Part shown: piece after piece, positions 28,022 through 35,121 of the stretch
Layout of the letters: each line of letters starts with the position of its first letter
Numbering within the stretch: position 1 is the stretch's first letter
Notes under the pieces: model-generated
The model's input: the letters and a program-made list of their open reading frames with translations, nothing else
The model's database searches: none
What the model was told of the DNA's origin: nothing
IMG/VR virus record: IMGVR_UViG_3300011115_000278
Location: 1-63,349 of that record
Length of the DNA: 63,349 bases
Source: a virus
Taxonomy: Duplodnaviria > Caudoviricetes
Direction: 5' to 3' (one strand)
Position numbers and translations under genes: made by a program

Positions 28022-29089
28022 TTAGAAGAACTTACCAAGCTTTGCTGCTTGGGTTGTGAACTTACGGCTACCGCATGCCATGCCTACCTTGGCTTTGTTG
28101 GATGCCAACGAGGTAATGAATAACGCATGTGCCTCGAACGATTCGTTAGCCATACGATCTGCGTAGTCCATCACTGCGTCGATAGTCTTAGCATCGACAC
28201 GACCCGCCAACATAAAGGCGAGAATGAACAACGCACCGGCACTTGTTGGAACCTTGGCTTTGTATGGTTCTCTCACAATGTTCTCGTACAAAGGCAACTG
28301 ATCTGCCAAGTGAATGAGTGCATCCATATCCCTAGCTGCTGCTTCACCCACAGTACCCGCCAATGCAGGCAACAAGGCATCGCCCAACACATGACGCATT
28401 TTGATAATGTTAGATGCTTTCTCAAGTGAACGAGGCGAGCAGTATGCCTTCACGTTGCCCGTCAATGGGTTGAAGATGTAGGGGTTTTTAGCCTTGGGGT
28501 CGAGGTCTACATAACAGTCGAATATCTGTGGGTACTGCTTGGCAAATGCCATAACTTCGGGGGCAATGTTGTTGTCCGATGCCCACTCAAGCCACTGCTC
28601 TACAGTTGGGTTGGCTAGGTTTACCACAGTCATGCGGTTGTAGGCATGGGCAGGGATGTTGTCACCCACGCCATCTGTATCTAGGTTGGTCGTTGCAAAT
28701 ACAATCGAGCCGGTCGGTAGAAGTACATCACCTACACGATGCTCAAGGATAGTCGGCAACAACATGTTCATCACTGGTCGCAGTGACTTACCCAACTCGT
28801 CGAGCATTAGCGCAACAGGGCGGGTTTGATTTCGACCGATACCGAAACGCACATTGGGTGCATACGATGTGGTCATGTTCTCTCGGTCAATGACAGGCAT
28901 AGCCAAGTCACCGAGGTCTAGGTTTGCACAGTCGATGTAGCACATCTGATAGTCAGGTAGCTCTCTACCTAGTGTCGCTAGGATGGACGACTTGCCCACC
29001 CCCGGTTGACCACGCAGTAGGACTGTGTTTGTTGTACCCACATTACGGATAAGGGTCGTTGCTTGTTTGAGATTTAAAGACAGGTTCAT
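28022..29089 (-). CDS. AAA+ ATPase (MoxR/dynein-related type)
   Basis: Walker A GQPGVGKS, Walker B MLDE, sensor ATTN, arginine finger NRM and SPRS. Confidence 0.85.
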   Translation of the reverse strand: MNLSLNLKQATTLIRNVGTTNTVLLRGQPGVGKSSILATLGRELPDYQMCYIDCANLDLGDLAMPVIDRENMTTSYAPNVRFGIGRNQTRPVALMLDELGKSLRPVMNMLLPTILEHRVGDVLLPTGSIVFATTNLDTDGVGDNIPAHAYNRMTVVNLANPTVEQWLEWASDNNIAPEVMAFAKQYPQIFDCYVDLDPKAKNPYIFNPLTGNVKAYCSPRSLEKASNIIKMRHVLGDALLPALAGTVGEAAARDMDALIHLADQLPLYENIVREPYKAKVPTSAGALFILAFMLAGRVDAKTIDAVMDYADRMANESFEAHALFITSLASNKAKVGMACGSRKFTTQAAKLGKFF

Positions 29090-29152
29090 TTTGATTTCCT
29101 TTGATTGAAAGTTATAAGGTTATAAGTTTACTTAAGTTGGCTTACGCCACGT

Positions 29153-29911
29153 TTACAAGACAAAGGTCTCAGAGCGAGACACAATGTACATGTTCTTTTT
29201 GCATTGAGCCATGATGGTTGCCCAACATGCTTTTGCATTTGATTTCTCTACGTATGTGTACTGCGGGTATGCGTACTGACGTTCGAATTTACTGCGAGCG
29301 ATAATCACTTTCCATGTATCGGCTCGGTTGGTATCGGAGAGGGCGTCGGGTAGTCTTACGCCAAACATGCCGTAGTTATCTTTTTCCATATCATCGGGAG
29401 TAGCTACGGCATACAGTAACTTAAACGCATCGGTGAACCCTGACTCTTGCAAGTCATTGGCTAGTGCTTTGGTCGCTGCTCTATCAACCCGCTTTTGCTC
29501 GAACGCTTGAAGTGGCGTGATGACTTCGCCTTGGGCATTGAGAGTGATGCCGTCATAGTAATAATAAAGTTTAGTGCCGACACGAAGCACAGGTTGCGAA
29601 TAGCTTAAGATGCTACGCTTACTCATACCCACGCCTACACCCTCAAAGAAACCAAACGCTTCATTGAGGCGGATGATCGTGGTGTTATGTGTGTGCCATC
29701 CTCTAGTGTCAATCTTCACATCGCCATTGGGATAGGCAGTCAGTATGTCGGTACTCCACATGCGCACCCGCATTGTGTCGTCGTTACCCTTGACCACACG
29801 GAAGTGGCACATGCTACGTTGGTGCGCATTAGCAGGGGCATCGCCCTTGTTCTTGCCACGCTTATACATGTGACGTGATAAGTGCATTGAAAGTTTTGAG
29901 TACATGCTCAT
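29153..29911 (-). CDS. Hypothetical early protein
   Basis: 252-aa ORF; SD GGAG after a motif copy. Confidence 0.7.
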   Translation of the reverse strand: MSMYSKLSMHLSRHMYKRGKNKGDAPANAHQRSMCHFRVVKGNDDTMRVRMWSTDILTAYPNGDVKIDTRGWHTHNTTIIRLNEAFGFFEGVGVGMSKRSILSYSQPVLRVGTKLYYYYDGITLNAQGEVITPLQAFEQKRVDRAATKALANDLQESGFTDAFKLLYAVATPDDMEKDNYGMFGVRLPDALSDTNRADTWKVIIARSKFERQYAYPQYTYVEKSNAKACWATIMAQCKKNMYIVSRSETFVL

Positions 29912-29944
29912 TGTGTTTCTCCAAAAGTTATAAGGTTATAAGTT

Positions 29945-30163
29945 TTACCTGCCACCCTTGTGGCTAGAGTTGAGGTTGAGTAAGAGAGTGCGGTCAGTCA
30001 CTACGATGTAGTTAGACTTAGGCATTGGCACGATGGTGTGTTTAACCTTGCGTGCTTCGCTTTCACCACATGCCATACATGTGGGTCGTGTCATCTTCGC
30101 TCGTTGGGGTTCGACCCTCACGGCATAACAACAAGTGCAGATCGGTAAGTGATAGTTGGTCAT
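29945..30163 (-). CDS. Small C4 zinc-finger protein (DksA/TraR-like spacing)
   Basis: CTCC...CMAC. Confidence 0.55.
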   Translation of the reverse strand: MTNYHLPICTCCYAVRVEPQRAKMTRPTCMACGESEARKVKHTIVPMPKSNYIVVTDRTLLLNLNSSHKGGR

Positions 30164-30262
30164 GGTGTTCCCTCACAGTTTGTCTAGCGTCTATACGGCT
30201 TGCGAACCAACGGCTAAGCCGTTGACATTCGTACCCCTCCATCTCATCTTGAAGTAATCGGG

Positions 30263-30430
30263 TCATGGTGTTACCTCGGCAAAGTCGTAAAGCTCTGACT
30301 CACCTGATGTTTTGTAATACATTTCCCACGCTTTCTCATCGAGTAGCTGACGGGCTTGATCTTCGTTCTCAGCTTCTACTTCCACCTCAACGGCGAAGCT
30401 AATAACTACAGTTGCGGTATACGTTTTCAT
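30263..30430 (-). CDS. 55-aa acidic hypothetical protein (not in ORF track)
   Basis: MKTYTATVVISFAVEVEVEAENEDQA...; SD GGGAG. Confidence 0.6.
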   Translation of the reverse strand: MKTYTATVVISFAVEVEVEAENEDQARQLLDEKAWEMYYKTSGESELYDFAEVTP

Positions 30431-30432
30431 AA

Positions 30433-30666
30433 TTACTCCCACAGATGTTTCATTGCAACTACGGCATCTGCCATAGATTTCTTGGTAGTCATGATGCGCA
30501 GGACGTCATTGTCTTTAGCCATTGCAACCATGAGGTTGGTTAGTATTTCCTCGTACTTAGCGATGCGGTCGTACTGTGCCCACGCACTACACACTACGCA
30601 TCCATCCTCGTGGTCGGGGCAACGCTCACCCCAATGGTCGGTCATTGCTTGTTCGATATAGTTCAT
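30433..30666 (-). CDS. Hypothetical early protein
   Basis: 77 aa with CPD....CVVC. Confidence 0.6.
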   Translation of the reverse strand: MNYIEQAMTDHWGERCPDHEDGCVVCSAWAQYDRIAKYEEILTNLMVAMAKDNDVLRIMTTKKSMADAVVAMKHLWE

Positions 30667-30896
30667 TTGGTTGCCCTCTTGGTAAAGTCTTCCTCTTGCA
30701 ATGGAGGTAGCTTCAATGCTTCCTTCATCATCTTGAACACACGCTTAAAGGACTTCATATCCTCTGAGCCTGTGCATGGCGAGCCGTAGCCCGTTGGTTT
30801 GCCTTTCTTGTCGTAGCAAACCTCTTGTAAGCAGTACCAGTCTTCGCCTGCATTCAATGACTTGGTGTTAACGATCCGATAGTTCCACGTAAACAT
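30663..30896 (-). CDS. Hypothetical early protein (MFTWNYRIV...)
   Basis: SD GGAG after a motif copy. Confidence 0.7.
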   Translation of the reverse strand: MFTWNYRIVNTKSLNAGEDWYCLQEVCYDKKGKPTGYGSPCTGSEDMKSFKRVFKMMKEALKLPPLQEEDFTKRATK

Positions 30897-30927
30897 AAGC
30901 GTTCTCCAAAAGTTATAAGGTTATAAG

Positions 30928-31164
30928 TTACTCAATCACCACCACACGACGAACGGGTTCGGCTTCGTCATCTTCGGGTTCGTCTTCGTCATGGATTAGC
31001 CTGTCGCATCTGTGGTAGTCAGACATCTGCACCGACCCATTGAATACTTGGGACACCTTGGGGGCTAGCGTTGTGCGCCAGTAGTCACCCGACCCGTGGG
31101 CAAGATGCACATCGGCACTTTCGTCAAAGTTTTGCAATAGCTCAATTAGTTCGGACACTTTCAT
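30928..31164 (-). CDS. Hypothetical early protein (MKVSELIELL...)
   Basis: SD GGAG; 78 aa. Confidence 0.7.
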   Translation of the reverse strand: MKVSELIELLQNFDESADVHLAHGSGDYWRTTLAPKVSQVFNGSVQMSDYHRCDRLIHDEDEPEDDEAEPVRRVVVIE

Positions 31165-31190
31165 ATCATTCTCCAGTTAGGGTTAGGTGT

Positions 31191-31406
31191 TTAGATAAAG
31201 TCAATAGCGTATTCGTTACCAGCTTCGCTTAGCTGCAGTTCACACAACACGACACTCTTGAGTGCCTGCATCATGCGGTAAACATCAAGCGCTTTAAATT
31301 GATCAGCGTTCTTGATGAATAGTGTGCCGTATGCGAAGTACGCATTGTCGGCAATGTCAGAGTTAACTTCCTCGATTCGTTTTAGTACAACGGTTTCAAG
31401 TCCCAT
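31191..31406 (-). CDS. Hypothetical early protein, first CDS after the candidate ncRNA
   Basis: SD GGAG after a motif copy; start MGLETV. Confidence 0.65.
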   Translation of the reverse strand: MGLETVVLKRIEEVNSDIADNAYFAYGTLFIKNADQFKALDVYRMMQALKSVVLCELQLSEAGNEYAIDFI

Positions 31407-31439
31407 AGGTTTCTCCAAAAGTTATAAGGTTATAGGTTT

Positions 31440-32060
31440 GGTGTGGTACACACCCAAGAGGGGACAGCATCCCCTCCCAGTTGAATACAACTTGTTGACA
31501 CGGCTAATGCCGTGAGTAGTGCGTTATTTGATTTGGCTTTTTTACTACGATAGGGTTTGTCGTTCTGGCATATCCTGACCCTTGTCAGTTCCAGTTCCCA
31601 TGGTTGTCTTAGCGGTAGCATCCCGAGGTGCTACATAAACTCCACTGAGCAGTTTGTATGATTGGCATACAAATACTGCACCCATTTAGGTAGTGTGCGT
31701 ATGCTTTGCATGTTGCTATCGTTTCGTTGACACTAGCCTATTGAAACTACACCACAACATACTGGGGCTAAACCCAACGTCTATTCACCTAGGAAGAAAA
31801 GTAACTTACATCTTTGGCGGTTCAGTATCCTTACTCAACAATAGCCAACTGGCATGGCACTACCTGCCCTTGGGGACTTACAGTAAACTCTCGGAATCAG
31901 GGAAACCCAAGTGAATGGGATATGAAACACGCATAAGAGGTGCGGTGGCTATTGAGGCATCGGGATACGACCAACTCTTGTATGAACTGGACACTAATCT
32001 GTATGGCTTCTGCAATTGAAGCAGCGACGGCTCGAAGGTATGTGCATCGTATGTGGGAGG
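31440..32060 (-). ncRNA. Candidate large structured non-coding RNA / leader
   Basis: No credible ORF; many perfect hairpins, nested long-range helices and a pseudoknot. Lies downstream of a consensus promoter and boxA. Confidence 0.6.
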
Positions 32061-32111
32061 AAAGTTATAAGGTTATAACTTTATAAGATACACAAAAACC
32101 TAACTAATAAA

Positions 32112-32151
32112 TTGTTAAAGAACTAAACAAGCCGAGGCGTTACTCGACTTG
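32112..32151 (-). promoter_or_regulatory. Hairpin followed by a boxA-like antitermination site
   Basis: Minus strand CAAGTCGAG-TAACGC-CTCGGCTTG, then GTTCTTTAACAA (compare rrn boxA TGCTCTTTAACA). Confidence 0.6.
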
Positions 32152-32159
32152 ATAAATCA

Positions 32160-32188
32160 ATTATAACAGATTATAGGTATGTTGTCAA
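32160..32188 (-). promoter_or_regulatory. Perfect-consensus sigma70 early promoter
   Basis: TTGACA (32188-32183), 17-nt spacer, TATAAT (32165-32160). Confidence 0.9.
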
Positions 32189-32193
32189 GCGTT

Positions 32194-32682
32194 TTATAAT
32201 CCATCTACCTCATCCCAATCCTTCAAAATTTCCGCCTTGTGTGCCACGGCTTCGGGGTTTCGCTTGGGGTCGTTCTTCTTTCCCTGTGCGACGATCTGAT
32301 GCACTCTGATCTCTGAGATGCCGTAGTCTTGGGCGAGTTGTTTTCTTTTGACCCCGAGCATCGCTCTGCGGTATACATCTGCATCTCGTTCCGCCAAAAG
32401 TTTCTTCCTTGGTATGGTGGCTTCGACTCGTGGGGCTTTCTCGTCTAATACTTTGATGATGGCTTTTTTGATTGCAGAGTGTTGACTCATGCCATTGGCT
32501 ACTGCATAACCTTGGGCGATGTTGAGGTGTTTGGTTCCAATCTTGAGCCAGAGTTGTAGTGCTGCAACTGCAGCCCCTTCTAAGCCATCTTCGTGGGTTT
32601 GTGCCAGATCGTCTGCAACGCTGAGTGGAAGTTCAATGGTGAGGGAATGGGTTTGGAAGCTTGCGGTGGTGGAGTCAGTCAT
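32194..32682 (-). CDS. HTH transcriptional regulator with a Mor-like C-terminal HTH
   Basis: RDADVYRRAMLGVKRKQLAQDYGISEIRVHQIV. Confidence 0.65.
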   Translation of the reverse strand: MTDSTTASFQTHSLTIELPLSVADDLAQTHEDGLEGAAVAALQLWLKIGTKHLNIAQGYAVANGMSQHSAIKKAIIKVLDEKAPRVEATIPRKKLLAERDADVYRRAMLGVKRKQLAQDYGISEIRVHQIVAQGKKNDPKRNPEAVAHKAEILKDWDEVDGL

Positions 32683-32766
32683 AGTAAGTCCTTGGGGGTT
32701 AAAAGCTTGAGTGTATCAGAAAAGTTATAAGGTTATAAGTTTTTGGTTGGGTATATTATAGATGTT

Positions 32767-33178
32767 GTTACATTGTAACGAAATGGGGGGTGGTCGTTAC
32801 AGGGGGTGTGTTACCCTTAGGGAGAATTGAGAATTCAATGAAATCAACAAGTTAGGTGCGGGTTGCTTTAGGGGTTATAGGTGTTTTATAGCTTTGTTAC
32901 ACCGTAACAGGGATTGAAGAGAGCGTGAGTCAAAAACTACCACTATAAACTATAACGACCATGAAACCATGAAAACAAGAGGTTATAGCTATAGCCTGAT
33001 TTTGACCGTCACAATTCTAAAAAGACCGTTACAATGTAACAATATAATATATTATATATATATCTATCTCTCTCTCTTGGTTTTTGAAACGCTTAGTATT
33101 ACATTTGCGGGGCTATTTGCAAAAAAACAACGTTACGGGGTTTTGTAACAAATCGGGGGTGTTTTGTTACATTGTAAC
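32767..33178. other. Putative replication origin: GTTAC-N3-GTAAC palindromes around an AT-rich tract
   Basis: Copies at 32767, 32896, 33028 and 33166, plus an N8 variant at 33132; AT-only run at 33041-33063. Confidence 0.5.
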
Positions 33179-33386
33179 GCAGGGTAAAATCATAGTAGTG
33201 CCGCCCAAAAGTTATAACCTTATAACTTTTGCTGATTTTTGTCCCCTTGGTCGCCCCGAGCCTCTCTCCCTCACTCGCGCACACGCACTCGCGCGCTCGC
33301 TCTCCCGCACCGCCTAACTACTATGACGTTTTCCAAACGGACAATGCAAGCGCACGCATGATGCTCATGCTGCAAAAATTTTGGGC

Positions 33387-33411
33387 AAAAAAAAGCCACC
33401 TTGCGGTGGCT
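33387..33411 (-). terminator. Intrinsic terminator
   Basis: Minus strand AGCCACC-GCAA-GGTGGCT-TTTTTTT. Confidence 0.85.
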
Positions 33412-33429
33412 AGTGGTAAACCCTAGGGT

Positions 33430-33615
33430 TTAGAAATACATTGAAAAGAACTTGTCATTGATGTATGCGAGCGCATCTTTTTCATGACGGAATGAGCGTT
33501 TTTCCCCATCGGAAAATTCAACCTTCCATCGGTTAACCAATGGATCATTGTAGATTTTCCATGTGATAGTGTCACATTCGGGTTTTGCCTTTGAATAGTG
33601 CATGTATTTGTTCAT
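33430..33615 (-). CDS. Small hypothetical early protein (MNKYMHY...)
   Basis: ORF between the first early gene and the terminator. Confidence 0.55.
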   Translation of the reverse strand: MNKYMHYSKAKPECDTITWKIYNDPLVNRWKVEFSDGEKRSFRHEKDALAYINDKFFSMYF

Positions 33616-33661
33616 TTTTAAACCCCTAGGGTTTCCCCTAGGGTTTCCGTTGGTTAGATTT

Positions 33662-34201
33662 TTACTTAACTGATTCGGTGAAATCAGGGATAAACTCGAT
33701 AATCGCATCAAGCAAAGCGCCCTTCAGCAAGGTTTGATTTAACAGGGTGCATTGGTGTAATGCTTTTTGCAAAGTGGCAATCAAAGCGGGCATATCGGTA
33801 ACTTCTACTTTTCCAGCTTTAGCAGTAGCTTCAGCTTTAGCGTTTACTTCAGCTTTAGCTTCAGCTTTTTTGTTTGCCAAATCACGAGAAAATGGCACGT
33901 TTGTTTCGAACGCTATCCAAAAACATTGTGCATACTGTTGCGCTGAGTTTTTGCTGATATATTCCTTTGATACTAGCGTATCAAATAAGGCTTTAACTTC
34001 ACCCCTTGCTTCGTTCGTTTTTGAATTGCCCTTCAAATACTCAGCTTTCGTTGTGTTGCAAGCGATGACGTGCGCATCTACCAGTTTTTGAATTTCCTGA
34101 TTTTGCTTGCTGACACTATCAGCTTCCAGCTTTTCAGCTTTAGCTTTAGCAGTTGCGAACGCACCAATAATTGATGCATGAATTTTCGTGAATTGTGCCA
34201 T
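33662..34201 (-). CDS. Hypothetical immediate-early protein (Ala/Lys-rich)
   Basis: 179 aa with its own promoter. Confidence 0.7.
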   Translation of the reverse strand: MAQFTKIHASIIGAFATAKAKAEKLEADSVSKQNQEIQKLVDAHVIACNTTKAEYLKGNSKTNEARGEVKALFDTLVSKEYISKNSAQQYAQCFWIAFETNVPFSRDLANKKAEAKAEVNAKAEATAKAGKVEVTDMPALIATLQKALHQCTLLNQTLLKGALLDAIIEFIPDFTESVK

Positions 34202-34268
34202 TTTGGTTTTCCCTTGAATAGCGTTGATTTAAATATCGGCTAAACCGAATTGCCTAACCGATAGGTGA

Positions 34269-34297
34269 AATGTATATTAAGTTATAGGTTTTGTCAA
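34269..34297 (-). promoter_or_regulatory. Sigma70 early promoter
   Basis: TTGACA (34297-34292), 17-nt spacer, TACATT (34274-34269). Confidence 0.7.
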
Positions 34298-34566
34298 CAC
34301 TTATATAAAGATATAACCTTATTTATTTTTGACCCTGTTTTGACCCCACCGCCCCCCTATGCCCACTTGTGGTGGGTCGGAGTCCCGCCCCGCTTTACGC
34401 TGAGCGCAGCATCCTCCAGCACCACAAAATAACCATTCCTATAAAAAACTATACCGCCCACAGCGACCCACCCCCTTTCTACAGAAAAGGCCCCCCGTCA
34501 AAAATAAAACACACAAGAAAAAAATTACATATATAATCCGCAAAACTAACGGCTGCTATTCCGCCT

Positions 34567-35121
34567 ATGTACACACCTGTAATTGACTTTGATGTTCCGC
34601 TTGCGGACTACTCCCCGACATTCGAGTCGCTGGAGACCCGCGTGGCCGCAGCCATGGCTGCGTTAGTAGACACTAACAATCTGCCACCGCCAAACGAAAT
34701 ATCCGAAACGGACAAGCACAAGGCCCGCGAGGTATTCATTGGAAACGAGTTGGCGTCAGACGAGGACTTGTCCTCTCCCGGCATGGTGGTGTATCTGCAG
34801 TCCCTGCTATCTGAATACGATCAAGTGGTCATCAAGTCGGCCCAACAACTGCGAACATACGTAACTAATAAGCTGCTATCTGAAACGGCAAACCCTGATC
34901 CACGCATACGGATGAAGTCACTGGAACTGCTGGGTAAGATCAGCGACGTTGGATTGTTTACGGACAAGACAGAAATCACGATGCGCCACCGGCCTACGGA
35001 AGAGCTAGAACAACTACTGCGGGAACGCCTGACCAAGGTGCTGGAAGCCGAGGTAGTGGACAACACTAAGCCAACCAAAGTCCAAGTACAGATAGATATT
35101 AGCGACGTCGAAGCAATCTGA
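34567..35121 (+). CDS. terS: Putative terminase small subunit
   Basis: Directly upstream of terL; RMKSLELLGK..VGLF motif. Confidence 0.6.
   Translation: MYTPVIDFDVPLADYSPTFESLETRVAAAMAALVDTNNLPPPNEISETDKHKAREVFIGNELASDEDLSSPGMVVYLQSLLSEYDQVVIKSAQQLRTYVTNKLLSETANPDPRIRMKSLELLGKISDVGLFTDKTEITMRHRPTEELEQLLRERLTKVLEAEVVDNTKPTKVQVQIDISDVEAI

Larger units (their letters stand above)
23433..33226. repeat. Dispersed 16-bp quasi-palindromic motif, 12 copies
   Basis: GTTATAA-GG-TTATA starts at 25246, 25916, 27125, 29111, 29927, 30912, 31421, 32064 and 32724. GTTATAA-CC-TTATA starts at 23433, 28005 and 33211. Confidence 0.95.

Noticed and set aside
31430-31914. ORFs 31430-31621 (-), 31312-31515 (+) and 31693-31914 (+)
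   Set aside because: They are short, lack a convincing SD, have atypical composition, and two oppose the operon direction. The region is better explained as structured RNA.
32055-32066. GAGGAAAGT resembling the RNase P RNA conserved motif
   Set aside because: It is on the strand opposite the promoter, is formed partly by the repeat motif, and has no matching 3' P4 strand.
23433-33226. 16-bp repeats as a CRISPR array or integron attC/dif sites
   Set aside because: Spacing is irregular, from hundreds of bp to about 2 kb, with whole genes between copies. There is no cas operon or tyrosine recombinase, and no match to attC or dif architecture.
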